This document shows, piece after piece, positions 13,390 through 29,094 of a DNA stretch of 64,000 nt (position 1 is its first letter; each line of letters starts with the position of its first letter). The position numbers and the translations under genes are program-made. The DNA comes from Octopus vulgaris (Eukaryota): NCBI GenBank assembly GCA_951406725.2, contig OX597822.1, forward strand, positions 2,542,001 to 2,606,000, read 5' to 3'. The notes beneath the pieces are model-generated. The model was not told where the DNA came from, did no database searches, and saw only the letters and a list, made by a program, of their open reading frames with translations.

Positions 13390-13698
13390 CCAGATACTAC
13401 AACAGCTTGGGTTTCAGAGAACCACAGCTCTTTAACATCCTCCCTAAATGCCTGAGAGACTTGCATGATGTGGATGTGGGTTTCTTTAAAACTAAACTGG
13501 ATCTCTTCTTGTCGGGGGTCCCAGATGAGCCTACTTCACGATAGGAGACACAGATGCGGGCAGAGGCATCGAACTCCCTTGTTGACCAAGTGCCACGTAT
13601 CAGAGGTGGATTCACATATTAGTGTAGCTCATTCAGTGGTGGTACCCCAGCATGGCCGTAGCCTTCGGGCTGAAACATTTTTAAGGATTTAAGGATTT
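13390..13698 (+). mobile_element. CR1/L2-like LINE 3' end, 5'-truncated
   Basis: YYNSLGFREPQLFNILPKCLRDL...FFKTKLDLFLSGVPDEP (ORF2 C-terminus with FN.LP and FK..LD motifs). 3' stem-loop and (taaggatt)2 tail. Confidence 0.8.
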
Positions 13699-14233
13699 AT
13701 GTGTATGTGTGTGGTGTATGTGTGTGTGTGTATGTGTGTGCGTGTGTGTGTGTGTATGTATGTATTCTTGTATGTATAGAGGCATACTTATGCGTGTGTC
13801 TTTGTGCTTGTCACCCACACACCGATTTAAATACCGGTGTCAGTTTGTTTACGTCCCCATAACTTAGTGGTTCAAGTAAAAGGCATGGCCTCAGTTCAAT
13901 GAGTGAAACGAGTAAACGATAAAAAAAAGCAAAAACAAAATCCTAAGCTTAACTAAAAGGATTCAAAGAGAAAAATAAGCCGAACCAACTATAAAAATAT
14001 AAGTTAAAAGTTTTAGGCGTATTTGATAAATTAATCTTGTTTTTCAAATATACGTCAGAGTATTTTCTTTAGATGAATATTATGAGAAAGAGATGTATTG
14101 ATTGCAAACTATGAAATTTAATACACCTGACAAAATAAGAATGAAGAATAATGATAGAACAAAGACGTGGAGTATACTTTCATCCATCGAGCTTGAACGC
14201 ATGCTTGGGAGAGACAAAGCGAGAGAAAGAGCC

Positions 14234-14744
14234 ATACATACATACATTCATACATACATACATACATACATACATACATCCATACACACATACATACATA
14301 CACACATACATACATACATATATATACATACATACATACATACACACATACAAACATACATACATAAATACATACATAATACATACATACATACATACGT
14401 ACATACATACATACATACATACATACACACATACAAACATACATACATAAATACATACATAAATACATACATACATACATACGTACATACATACATACAT
14501 ACATACATACATAACTACATATATACATACATACATACATACATACATACAAACATACATACATAAATACATACATACATAAATACATACACATATACAT
14601 ACATACATACATACATACATACACACACACATGACATACATACATACACACATACATACATACACACATACATACATACATACACACATACATACACACA
14701 TACATACATACATACACACATACATACACACATACATACATACA
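14234..14744. repeat. (TACA)n microsatellite
   Basis: Directly visible. Confidence 0.95.
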
Positions 14745-15113
14745 TGCTGACAGGGAGGAAGAGTGAGAGACGAGGAGACTGAGAAATAACGATGGAGAAA
14801 GAGAAGGGAGAAGAAGGAGAGGGAGAGTGAGAAGGAGAGAGCGAAAAAGAGAAGCTTAATCGGGAACGAGAATGGAATGGGTGGTTGGTGTGTTAAGAGA
14901 AAAGGAGAGAACGGGCGATAGAGGTAGATAGATAGATTGATAGAGTGAGAGATATAGATAGAGAGAGAGAGAGACAGACAGAGACAGACATATACACTGT
15001 CAAGGAGTCTAGAATGATGCAAAGAAGTATAGGGGAGAGGGAGAGAGGGAGATTGTGATAGTGGTCAAAAATTGAAGTAACTGAAGTGTTTATCAGAGTA
15101 ACAGAGAGCGATG

Positions 15114-15303
<190 letters not shown>

Positions 15304-15801
15304 AGAAGAAGAGGAAAGACGATATCATAGTCAAATGTTGTTACAGGTGAAGAAAAGAGATTTTCAACGAACGACGAGAATAAGAAACGCGACAGGCTTC
15401 AACAAACTCGAATCTATTTTAACTTCCTTTTTTTTAGTTTACTTTATTTATTTCTTGATTTATTTTCAGTTTAAATCATCGTAAATTTATTTATTCAATC
15501 ATTCATTTGTTTCTTGAAAAAATTACTGATATTTTTTCGAATGCTAATCTGTTTCATTTTCAAAATTTACGGATTATCCGTTCTTTATCACAAGACACGT
15601 GTTTTGTTGACTTGATTCAATGGCGCAAATAACAAAACGCGGCTATTTTTAGAGAGAAACGATGACACTGAGAGGTCTTAGAAAGGATTAAAATTAACAC
15701 CGGCAACATAACCAACGACAGCAACAACAACAACAGCAACAATAATCCTTTGTAATAGAGGCACAATGCTTGAAATTTTGGGGAAGTGGGCTAATCGATT
15801 A

Positions 15802-16235
15802 GGATCTTTTCGGTTTGAACGGCAGTTTTTAACATAATTTCTAGGTAACTAAAACATTTTAGACTTCGTATACTGGTAGAATGTGTTTATAAAACATCTT
15901 TTTCTCTTGGCTTCATTGAGGAAATTCTATAGTTTGTAAGATATTTGTTGTTTTTTTTCTTCAATTTCTGCAATTTCAACCAATCACTGACGTCTATTGA
16001 GTTAAAAACCATTCTGTGCCGTATGAATATGTCCCTCGTTTAAGAAACACATTGGGTTTATTTACATTTCTGAAGAAAAAAAGATACCCTTCCCCCCCAC
16101 CCCTAGCCCTAACCCTAACAAACCCTAACCCTGAAACAGATTGAAATGCAATAGATCGATACTAGGGTCATAATTATGGGTGACAATTTCATATGACACC
16201 GCTAGAAAAAACTGCCGTTCAAACTGGAAAGATCC
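15802..16235. mobile_element. Non-autonomous DNA transposon (Merlin-like MITE), copy 1, inserted in a family 2 SINE
   Basis: TIRs ggatcttttcggtttgaacggcagttttt / aaaaactgccgttcaaactggaaagatcc. 8-bp flanks atcgatta/gtcgatta. Internal CCCTAA repeats. Confidence 0.85.
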
Positions 16236-16413
16236 GTCGATTACATTGAACCACTACTCAGATGGTATTTATTTTATCTCCCCCGAAAGGTGAAACGAAA
16301 AGTCAACTTTCGGAAGATTTGAACTCATATCGTAGAAATGGACTGACGAAATGCCGCGAAACAATTTGTTCGGTATGCTATCGATGCTGCCAGCTCGCCG
16401 CCTCGATGCATTC

Positions 16414-17127
<714 letters not shown>

Positions 17128-17169
17128 TAGACTAGCATACAGGCGAGTATGTATAAATAAATATATAAA

Positions 17170-17360
17170 CCTTGGTTTCAACTTTTGACACAAGTCCAGA
17201 AATTTCGAGGAAAGTGCTAAATCGATTAGATTGACAAAGATGCCCAGCTGGTAGTTATTTTATCGACTCTGAAGAAATGAAAGTCAAAGTCGACATCGGC
17301 AGTATTTAAAATCAGAACATTCTGCCTGTTGTATTAAAAATTCTGCTACTTCACCGCCCT
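17170..17360 (-). mobile_element. SINE family 2
   Basis: ggtagttattttatcgactctgaagaaatgaaagtcaaagtcgac. Confidence 0.7.
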
Positions 17361-17646
17361 AATACATGTAGATATATTAACATGCATTATACATATATGT
17401 ATGTAGTAATCTATATGTATATGTACACATATAAGTATGCATATATATATATGATATATATATATATACATATACATATATACATATATATACAAATACA
17501 TATATATACATATACATACATATATACATATACATACATATATACATACATACATATATACATACATACATATATATACATATATATATACATATATATA
17601 TATATGCATACGTACAGATATATATATATGCATGTATATATATATA

Positions 17647-17999
17647 TATATAATATTAATTAGAGACAAAACCACTATTATGCAAATCAAACAAAGAAAG
17701 ACTTAATCCAATACATAAAAAATTTTATATAAATTAAATAAAATTAAATTCGTCACTACAATTGTTTCGTGTCTCTTCTAAGGACATTCATCAGGTGGTT
17801 TTCAGATCTTCTATTCAATTTTAAAATTTGAATAGAAGATCTGAAAACCACCTGATGAATGTCCTTAGAAGAGACACGAAACAATTGTAGTGGCGAATTT
17901 AATTTTATTTAATTTATATAAAATTTTTTATGTATTGGATTAAGTCTTTCTTTGTTTGATTTGCATAATAGTGGTTTTGTCTCTAATTAATATTATATA
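17647..17999. repeat. Near-perfect 353-bp palindrome (172-bp arms, one arm mismatch)
   Basis: 17647-17818 is the reverse complement of 17828-17999. Flanked by TA-rich repeats. Confidence 0.95.
17848..17893 (+). ncRNA. Minimal type I hammerhead ribozyme (mirror copy on minus strand at 17753-17798)
   Basis: CCAC-CTGATGA-aTGTC(cttagaaga)GACAc-GAAAC-AATT-GTA-GTGG. Palindromic stem III, GUA cleavage triplet. Confidence 0.8.
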
Positions 18000-18075
18000 A
18001 TATTTTACTATAAAATTGGATTCAATCCTAAATCTGATTTTTCCCTGTAAATTTGGATTTATTCCCTAATATTTA

Positions 18076-18131
<56 letters not shown>

Positions 18132-19094
18132 GAAAGGGAAGTTATTTTATTCAAAACGTGTAGAAATATTGGAAAAATAGAGGTTGAAATTGCACTGGGA
18201 ATAGTTTGAGTAATTTTTTAAAATTATATTTAAAGCTTTAATCGGTTTCACATTTTTCACTGATTTTCAAAATGTTTGAAATAGAAAGACGTGGCTTATG
18301 TCGCAGCTGTCTTCCTTCTGACTAGTGTTTGGAGCTTGTCCTGTTTTTGTAGGGAGCCCGTGCTTCAAATTAGTCTATATTTTTAATAGGTCCTGATTGG
18401 TAGACTATAGTAACATGACTGGTGTTTGAAATTTTCGAAGGCTCCCCGCTACATCTGTGTTATTATCAAGTGACAATGTTTGGCCTCGTAAGTTAACGCG
18501 GACGCGGTTGAGTGAGCATATCTAGTGACAGTACCAATGTTCTGAATGCTATCTGTCACGTGTTTGTACAGAATGAACACGTGATTAAGTTTATAACCTT
18601 TTGCACGTTTCCTGCTACGTCCGTGCGTCAGTGTCATGTGACACTATATTTTGCTCCTAAAAGGAAGGCCGACAAGGTTGATTGAACAAGTTTAGTTACA
18701 ATCAAGGCACTCTAAATTTAATCTGCTCGGAGGGAGAGCGGTCAGGAATTGTTTGTATGTGGTTCAGTGGCTAAAGTTTAAGTTGTTACCTGTGTATGTT
18801 TCTCATGTTGAGTAGCAGAATGAGTTTTGTGTGTGAATACTTATTTGTGTATGTACTCTATTAAAGTTTTATAGTCTTGGTTTGCGCTTTTGTATTTTCC
18901 TTCTTTATCCGTGCTTCATCTGTGGTATATACTGAACTTAGTGAGGTTGAAGGAAAGACCTGGAAGATGGAGGTCCTATTCTTTGCACATATGTCTGTGT
19001 CCCCTCAGTGGAATCTCTCTATTACTGGAGTCTCGTATTTGTTGTCCCACTACTAAGACAAGACCAAAGAATGAAACAAGCATTCAAAATACGC

Positions 19095-19355
19095 AATATA
19101 ATAAAAAGGAAAAGACAATCACGGACCCTCAAAACATTCCTCACCAGCGCTAAATTACCCTCCACAATACCTACACAAGCAGTCAAAAAGTGTGGCCGCC
19201 CCAATTGCGGGACCTGCATCAAGCTTATTGAAGACAACATAATTCACATCAGGACAAATTCTAATATATTATTAAACGTCAAGGATCTAATGAAAAATTA
19301 CATAGGACAAATAAACCTTACTCTAAGAAATAGACTGACCATTCACCGACAACAA
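19095..19355 (+). pseudogene. Penelope-like linker and GIY-YIG endonuclease fragment
   Basis: KRQSRTLKTFLTSAKL...KKCGRPNCGTC...NYIGQINLTLRNRLTIHRQQ. Confidence 0.8.
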
Positions 19356-19369
19356 AATATACTGTCATG

Positions 19370-19710
19370 TGATTCTAATGCACAGACGTCCACGTCGAAT
19401 TCTACTGATCTACCAGGACGAAGCTCGCCTTTTAGGTTGTAATTTCCGATTCGGAATTTTCGAGAAAATCCTTGATACTGGCTTACGCTTATTGTCCGAT
19501 CCTCAAACACTGCATTAATATTCCTCTCACTTTCCACTGCGTTGTTGTCTTTACTGAACTCATAAAGCAAAATATACCGAATATGATCCTTTGTCATTTC
19601 CAATATAGCTTTGAAAAAATAGCTGTTAAAATCGAATTGCACTCTTCAAAAGTTGCACTAGGACTAAGAATGGTTTAGCTGCCGAAACTTTGAAGTCACT
19701 CAACAACATT
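19370..19710 (-). pseudogene. Mariner transposase N-terminal fragment
   Basis: MTKDHIRYILLYEF...NINAVF...KFRIGNYNLKGELRPGRSVEFD. Confidence 0.85.
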
Positions 19711-19722
19711 TTATATAAGAAA

Positions 19723-19821
<99 letters not shown>

Positions 19822-19894
19822 ATGCACACATGCATACACACACACACACACATATATATATATGCACACATACACACACATATATGTGTACGAA

Positions 19895-19926
<32 letters not shown>

Positions 19927-19947
19927 CTATATATATATATCTATATG

Positions 19948-20053
<106 letters not shown>

Positions 20054-20921
20054 ATGAGTCAATGTGTTTTTGTATTTGTTCACCACCACCACCACCACAT
20101 GACATTATGTGTTGGTTTGTGTATGTCTCACAGAACTTAGTGGTTTGGCAAATGATAGCGCGGTAGAATGGATATCATATTAGGCTTGAAAAAAAAAACA
20201 AATACCAGGGACGATTTCAAGACTGTGCCCCAGTATGGCCGCACCCTAAAGAACGTAGCAAGAAAAAGAAAAAGAAAAGAATTATACTACGCCAGATCGA
20301 ACCACAAATCATTATTATACCATACAAAACCAAATTACACTGGACTGGACACAAACCCAACGGAACATAACAGAACACAGCAAACCACAAACTGCTACAC
20401 TATGCCAGAGTACAGAATATCATAGATACACCACATCATATTACAGACGTACAACATCGTTGTATGCAAGGACACATCATACCCTCATCGTACCATTGCT
20501 AGCCACACCACGCTACACCGCACCAAACAGTACAACACCAACATCACGCCACGAACAGAACAACATGAAAACAATTACAGAAAAGTCCACACAACTCCAT
20601 TCTGCAGTCCCACACCTCTCACTACCACCTTTGTTGATGTCTCTACAATATTTCCACTTCGCTACTCTTATATATGATTACATATCTTTTCCTTTATTAT
20701 ATTTCCGTGTTTCCTTCTCCCTCTAACACTCTCTCTCGGACGCACGCACGAGCACTCGTGTCTATGTCTGTCTCGGCGTAAACATATATGTGCATATACA
20801 AACATGTGTGTGTGTGTGTGTAAATATATATATACATATACATACATATATACATATACATATATATATGCATATGCATATATATATACATATACCTATA
20901 TATACATATACATATATATAC

Positions 20922-20966
<45 letters not shown>

Positions 20967-21042
20967 TATATATATACACATATGCATATATATATATATA
21001 TATATATATACGTATACATATATAATGAACATATGCATATAG

Positions 21043-21084
<42 letters not shown>

Positions 21085-21297
21085 ATATACATAGGTATGT
21101 GTATATATATGTATATGTATGTATATATAACTACATTTATATATATATATGTATATATATATATATGCGTATGTATATACATTAAATGTGTATGTAAAAA
21201 TGCAAATACATTCATGCGTATACGCACGCATATATATATACAAATACATATATATATACATAAATACATACGTACACACACACTCACATATATATAC

Positions 21298-21329
<32 letters not shown>

Positions 21330-21628
21330 ATGTATGTATATGTATATGTAAGTCCCATTACTAGCCTTATCACATCGCATTTTATACATCAGCCACACTC
21401 AGTCATTACTTACTTTCGATGCGTCGCAATCTTCATCATTTTCTCTCGCGTCTCATCGTCCAATTACACACACACACACGCACACACATACACACACATA
21501 CACACACACACACACATACACACACACATACCTTGACAAACGTCTGGGCAAACTGTTTTGTAGACATACAAAAATAGTCACACATGTATATAGACATTCA
21601 TTCACAGACACTCTGACATAGCAATACT

Positions 21629-21703
<75 letters not shown>

Positions 21704-21786
21704 GTATATATTGATATTCATCTTAAGTCTGAAGTGTGTATTTGAAGTAAATTAGTATTTAGATAGATAGATAAATAGATAGATAA

Positions 21787-21873
<87 letters not shown>

Positions 21874-21985
21874 TGTACGTGAGACCGTGTCTATTAACAT
21901 CTAATGCGGGAGAGAAATTTTAAAAACCTATACTCAAAAGCAAGTAATTTTAAAGTGCGTCTAACTGTCCTGAAGTTCACACACA

Positions 21986-22037
<52 letters not shown>

Positions 22038-22344
22038 CGAACACACACACACACACACACACACTCACACAGTACAAGCAGACACACACTTACATACACA
22101 CACAATCGCGCACACAAGTACTTAAATGTACGCACACTTACGTACATGCAGACATACACACAGACAAAGGTATATATATATATGTTGGTAATCGACATTT
22201 AGAAACGGTTTGATTAAAAAAGCCACCTTGCAAAACTCGGAGTAGCAGTCGAGTCTGATTGTATAACTGTCTACAGTGCAGCATATGTGCTTCTATTTCA
22301 TCTAGTGAGTACATTGTATGCGTGTGTATATAAAGAGGTAAACA

Positions 22345-22376
22345 CATACGTACATACATACACATACATACATACA

Positions 22377-22407
<31 letters not shown>

Positions 22408-22483
22408 CATACATACATACATACATACATATCATACATACACATATACATACATACATATCATACATACACATATACATACA

Positions 22484-22514
<31 letters not shown>

Positions 22515-22558
22515 CATACATACATACATATCATACATACATATCATACATACATACA

Positions 22559-22589
<31 letters not shown>

Positions 22590-22640
22590 CATACATACAT
22601 ACATACATACATACATACATACATACATACATACATACAT
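22345..22640. repeat. (TACA)n microsatellite
   Basis: Directly visible. Confidence 0.9.
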
Positions 22641-22759
22641 GCATACTTATATAGATACCTACATATACTTGCATGTCTGTGTATACATTTATACACACAT
22701 ATGTTCATATATACATATATATATACATACATAGACACACACACATATATTTATATATG

Positions 22760-22814
<55 letters not shown>

Positions 22815-23960
22815 GCTGATCTATTGATATCCATCTGAAGTCTGAAGTGCGTATACGATGTAACCAGTTTTGTATTTAGATGTATGAGTTTATATGTTGA
22901 TAAGACACTGTAACACAGAATATATGTGTGTGTGTGTTCATATGTAATTCTGTATGTGTATACATTTACACTCATACAAACACACACTCTCACACATACC
23001 CCAACATATATGTATACTCACACAAACACACACATATATAAATATATATATACATACACTAACATATATATTCACGTATGGTATTTATACATTCACATAT
23101 CCATCAATTTAGTATGTATATATGCCTATGTATCGTTGACCGTATATGTTTGTTTTGTGTGCGTGTGCAAGTATTTGTGGCCATATAAGCGAATATATGT
23201 ATTTGTACGTGTGTGTGTGTGTGTGTGTGTTTTTGTGTATTTTCTTGTCCACTACAAGTAGACTTTGAGTTTTGCGTCACTGATTTTCATCTTGTTTCTC
23301 TGCCGCTTCAGCAATTCAGATTGCTGTCTTTCTAAACAGTTCATTATTGCCAGAAGATGTCTCCACTCCAAACGCGCCAAAACAAGAGTACGACCGAGGA
23401 AATGGTTGCAATAACGATGGAATAAACAGCTTTGTCAGACGCTGTACTGAATTCTTAGAAGCGCAGACATTATCTATAGCATCGATTTCTTTAATTTATA
23501 ACAATTATCTTTTGCTGCCATTATTTGCATCTGACATTTCAGAAACTCTATTGGGAATATTCTTCAATTAAGATCGAACTTATTTCACTTTAGTTCTTGT
23601 GGTTTTACTGACTTTTTGTATTGTGTTGTTTTTATTGTTTACTTCATTTCGTGTGTGGTATCTGTACTTCATTGAAAATCTCTTAGAATACATACATGCA
23701 TACATACTTACATAAATACATACATACATACATACATGCATACATACATATACAGATATGCGTAGTATATACGTGCAAATACACATTCACACACACACAG
23801 ACACGCACGCACAAACACACACACACACACACACATATATGTTAACTTAGATATTTTCGCCCAAGAATTGGCCCAGACAATAAACATTGAAAGGAGCAAC
23901 GTAGAAAGAAGAAACATTTACAAGTATGGTAGTAGTTTCATGCTTCAACGGAGAAAATGT

Positions 23961-23997
23961 GTTTTAACGTTTCGACCGTTGGTTCTTCATCAGAAGG
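23961..23997 (-). ncRNA. Minimal hammerhead motif, weak stem I
   Basis: Reverse complement: TT-CTGATGA-a-GAACC(aac)GGTC-GAAAC-GTT-AA. Confidence 0.55.
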
Positions 23998-24845
23998 AAC
24001 TAAAGAAAAGCGGAAACATCGTTGAGTGAAAGAGAGAAACTGGGCGTATAAAAAGGGCAAAGAAGATAGACATCACAGTGGAATGGCGAATGGTTAGAAA
24101 GCAGATATGGTGTGTTGAGAAAGGAGGAAGGGCACGCGTATAAAAGAATGCATCAGAAAATACCTGTATCAGGTAGCAGGCATAAGAATAAGGTTTATGT
24201 GTGAGTGTTAGTTTGTGCATGCTGGCGTTTGTTAATGGAGTGAGGGAATATGGTGAAATGTTTGTGTAGGTGTAATTTTAAGGCGAGTAGTGTGAAAGCA
24301 TCTATTTAAGTATATCAGAGAACGTACGTGCGTGTATGAGAAAACCGGTATTGATGAACCACGTGGAGTGTCTTGAAAAATTGGAAAGTGCTATGGAGAT
24401 AGATGTCCTCATATACACATAAACACACACAAATTTATGAGTGTGCGTCTGTATGTAAATGTAAGTGTATGTACGTTTGTTTGTTTTCTTTTTGTTATGT
24501 GAGTGTAAATTAGGCTTGTTATATTAACAAAATTTTAAGAATAAACAAAACATTTTCCGAAGCAAGTTCAGCAGTAATCGCAGAATCAACTTTCTTATAA
24601 AATTCGTTTAAACTAGGCTTTTCTCTGACAGTTAATTCAACCTGGTTGATTAAGAGATTCTCTATTTAGTATTTCTATAGAAGTAATGTATATCACAACC
24701 TTAACGTGGGTGTTCTATAAGAACAGACGATACTGCTACATTAATCCCAGGAAGACGCTACCTCCAGCTAGTTCAGTGCGCTTTGCAATCGATATATATA
24801 TATATACGCACACACACACGCACACACACACACACGCACACACAG

Positions 24846-24904
<59 letters not shown>

Positions 24905-24921
24905 CATATATATATATACAT

Positions 24922-24983
<62 letters not shown>

Positions 24984-25459
24984 GAACGTGGGGACAGAAC
25001 TCCCTATTATCCTAGCTAGAAAACCACCATATCACATGATTTCGATCGTATTTGTCCATCTTCACTGAAGGATACACGTCTGCTAGACATAGCGGTAGTT
25101 TAATCCAGCACGCAATATATTGAAAAAAAAAAAAGCAGTGTCTATAGAGAAAAATGAAAAGCTTCATTGTTAGAAAGGAATGTCTAAGCAGTGAAGTAGC
25201 CTTGTTGTTACAATGTCTAGTAAATATAGTTTGTTTAGGAGTTGAAACTCCTTAAAGATAAGTGTTGGTTTGACGGTCATAAAATAAAATCATACAAACT
25301 TTTATACAATATGGCTTTTCATTCACCATTTTAACCTTCCTCAATTTTTCCTAAAACCATATAAAATTTCAATACACACGGATATAGTCATATACATCAC
25401 ACGCAAACACACACACACACATAACCTACACACAATAAATTCAAACCCTACCCTTATAC

Positions 25460-26090
25460 TAAATTGTTTTGGCACAAGGCCAGCAATTTTTAGGAGAGGG
25501 TCATAATCGATTGTGTCGACTCCCACTGCTCAACTGGTACTTATTTTACTGAACTGGAATGAAAACAAAGTCACCCTCGGTGGAATTCGAACTCAAGACT
25601 TAAAGACTAGGAAGAAATGCCGCTAAGCATTTTGCCCGACGCGCTGATGGTTCTGCTAGCTCCAGCTGGCCGAATCTTTAGCACGCGACAGAAAATGTAT
25701 AGCAGCATTTCATCCGACTTCGGGTCTGAGTTCAAACTGTGCCGAGATCGACTTTGACATTTAACCTTTTGTGGGCGATAAAATAAGCACAAGCAGAGCA
25801 TAGGGGTCAATATGATCGACTTACACCCTCCCCTCAAAACCGTTAGCTGTGTCCCAAAATGTGAAACCATTATTATTAAGGTGGTGAGCTGGCAGAATCG
25901 TTAACACGCCGGGCAAGATGCTTAGCGGCATTTCATCCGTTTTTATGTTCTGAGTCCAAATTGTGCCGAAGTTGACTTTGCCTTTCATCAATTCGGGGTT
26001 GATAAAATAAGTACCAATTATCACTGGGCACAATGTAATCGAGTTAGCACCTTCTCCGAACTTCTGGTCTTGTGCCAAAATTTGAAACCC
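25460..26090. mobile_element. Cluster of three family 2 SINEs (-, +, +)
   Basis: Minus 25460-25665, plus 25664-25870, plus 25878-26090 (ggtgagctggcagaatcgttaacacgccggg...gcctttcatc...gataaaataagtacc). Confidence 0.85.
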
Positions 26091-26608
26091 GTATAAATAA
26101 TTAGGTGCCTCTTTTTATCATGTCAATGAATTCTATAGAAGCCACGCACGCCAACATAGATATGCGAGCGGACAGAAACACACATACAAATAACAATCTT
26201 ATTCATAGAGAGCAAAGCGAAAACAGCAGGAAAACCTACATTAAATACCCAATAATATACAAATCAGCAATTTCATTATTTTAACTTCATGATTCTAATA
26301 GAAAGCACAGCTCTGGAATCCCACTCACAACTTGACCGTTGTTTGACCTTTCTTCCTATTTAATTTCACGTTTTCCTTTCGTCGCCTACTTACATTCTTT
26401 CATTACTATTTAACCCTGTTTATCAGATTTTTACAGCAAAAAATATTAAACATATTTATCAACGTTTGACAACTATTGTATTTCACAACCGTTTTCTAAA
26501 ACTGCGCTTCCCATGGTCTTAGTATATGAATACCATAAACTAATTTTTCATCACGGTTTGAGTAGGCTGTATGGGGAAGATTGAAATTTCAGTTAACACA
26601 CACACAGA

Positions 26609-26687
<79 letters not shown>

Positions 26688-26849
26688 ACACACCTGCGCA
26701 CACGTATTTGTATGCGTTATATATGAATGTGTATATATATATCATTCAACTACGGTAGTAGTTGAATAATATGATATAATAATAATAGTGAAATTATTGT
26801 ATACAGTGCTCAGGTGCACCACAACTTGTCAAAAGTGCGTATAAAGTAT

Positions 26850-28210
26850 ATAATATTAATAAGACCGCAATTTATTCTCACGCACCATATTTCAGACTTT
26901 ATTGTTTATTCAGTTCTTAACCAAATTGAAAATTGTTAATATTATTGAAGAGGACTTGTCCCTAGCTACATTTTGGCATAAAAAAAATTGAGATTTGGTC
27001 CTGTAGAAAAAAGATTACATCAAAATTTGTAGCAACGTTATAGGAGAGTCAGTAACGTCACCAATCAAATTTAGAACTAAATAACTTTTTCATTTTAAAA
27101 GCAAAATATATTTATCTTAGTTTAAATGATTGAAGAAAGCAAGAGGAATTTCATAGTTTTTTGTGCCACGCAACAAACATTTGTATAAAAAAGACCGTGA
27201 GGTTAAATATCATGAAAAACTATATAAGTAAAAAAAAATTGGAATTAAGTATAATTAACTTTTTTTTTTATTTTAAAAACAAACTATATTCTAATTAAGC
27301 TTATATGATAGAGCTTAATTCGAGGAATTTCATGGCATCAATCTCATGCAATGAAGTTCTAATAGAAAAAAAGTTATGAGTGTCTGTTTTTCAAATTTGT
27401 GGGTGATAATATTTTTTTTATGAATATAGTTCAATAAGGGGACTTTTAATATATGTCACCGGCAACATTGAGGCAAAGAAAAAAATATCAACGACAACGC
27501 GAGGAATTTCATAGTTTTGGTCCCACTAAATTAAATATATTTTTATTGTTTTTGTACATTAATTAACAATCTCATGCAATGAAGTTCTAAAAGATAAAAG
27601 TTGTGAGTGTTTGTTTCTCAAATTTCAGAGTGATAATATAGTTCCATACTTTTAATATATGTCACCGACATCACTGAGGTAAAGAAAAAATTATCAAAGT
27701 CAGTGCGAGGAATTTCATAGTTTTGTTCCCATTCAATTAAATATATTTTTTTGTTTTCGTATATCAATTAAAAAAAAAATTTGCACACTTATAGGTAGAT
27801 TTTACTGTAACGTACAAATTATTATTTTATTATTCTGTTTATTGTACTAACTAATTATGTACTACTATTTTTTATAACCTATTTTCAAATTTCTGATTAT
27901 TAATTAATAATTTAAAAAATGAATTTTTTTTAAAGTGCAAAAAATATTTTGAGTTATTTTTAATGTTTAATAGATGTAACGAGTAATAATAAATAGAAGT
28001 TAATAACTTGTAATGAAATTTCTAGCTTTAATAAAAGTTAATAATTTCTAAATCCAAATATATAATTTGAAATGTTATCCTTAGGTGCAATATTCTAAGT
28101 AAAGATTTTCTTGTTCTCTACTTTACCACATGTAATGAGTTGTCCTGAACGTTTGAAAGTGTAATAACTTGTCCTGAACTTTTCCAGGTTTATAGTCTTA
28201 AGAATATTAT
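26850..28210. mobile_element. Putative AT-rich non-autonomous DNA transposon
   Basis: Imperfect 16-bp inverted ends ataatattaataagac / gtcttaagaatattat. Internal direct duplication of about 220 bp (27338-27560 vs 27567-27770). Recurrent gaggaatttcat motif. Confidence 0.45.
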
Positions 28211-28267
28211 TTCTCTTGCTCGCAGGTCTCCCTCACTCTCTCTCGCTATATATGTATATACATACAT

Positions 28268-28324
<57 letters not shown>

Positions 28325-28664
28325 CGTATATTTGCCATTTAAATATGGCTAACCCCCAAGGGTGGATGCTACTGTAGTTTATAGCCCCAGGAGGACACCT
28401 CCTCCAGCTGGCTATAGACACACTTTCTGTGCCCTATCAGTATTTGCGAAGGGAAGCCATCCTTCCCGTCTTCAACTTATGATACACTCGGACTCAAGTT
28501 TCAGGGTATTGACCCGTCATCGGCGTGTGACAATCACAGCTGTCGATGAAAAGTAGGTTCCCTTCACAAATACATATACTTTTTCCAGTATCGTAAAGAC
28601 ACTGATATCGAAAAAGTGTATGTATATATACATGCACGTATATGTGAGTGTGTATATATATAAT

Positions 28665-29094
28665 CTTTTATTCTTTAACTTGTTTCAGTCATTTGAGTGC
28701 GGTCACGCTGTAGCGCCACCTTAAAGGGATTTAGTCAAACAAATCGACCACAAGACTGAGTTTTTTAAAGTTCTTGTACTTTGGTACTTATTTTGCCGGG
28801 TTCTTTTGCTGAACTGCTAAGTTACTGGGACGTACACACACCACTGGTTGTCAACCCGGTGATGAAGGGGCCAAACACTGACGCAAAGACAGACACATGG
28901 ATTATAGGCATGGCTGTGTGGTAAGAAGGTTGCTGCCCAACCACACGGTTCCGGGTTCAGTCCCACTGCGTGGCACCTTGGGCAAGTATCTTCTACTATA
29001 GCCTCGGGGTGACCAAAGCCTTGATCTGCCCGAGGCTATAGCAGAAATTGAGCACAGAACAATGCGGTCGGGAAGCTTCTTACCACACAGCCTC

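Noticed and set aside
18370-18760. Possible further GIY-YIG remnant (TRLSEH); similar hint at 42300-42450
   Set aside because: Too degenerate to support by eye.
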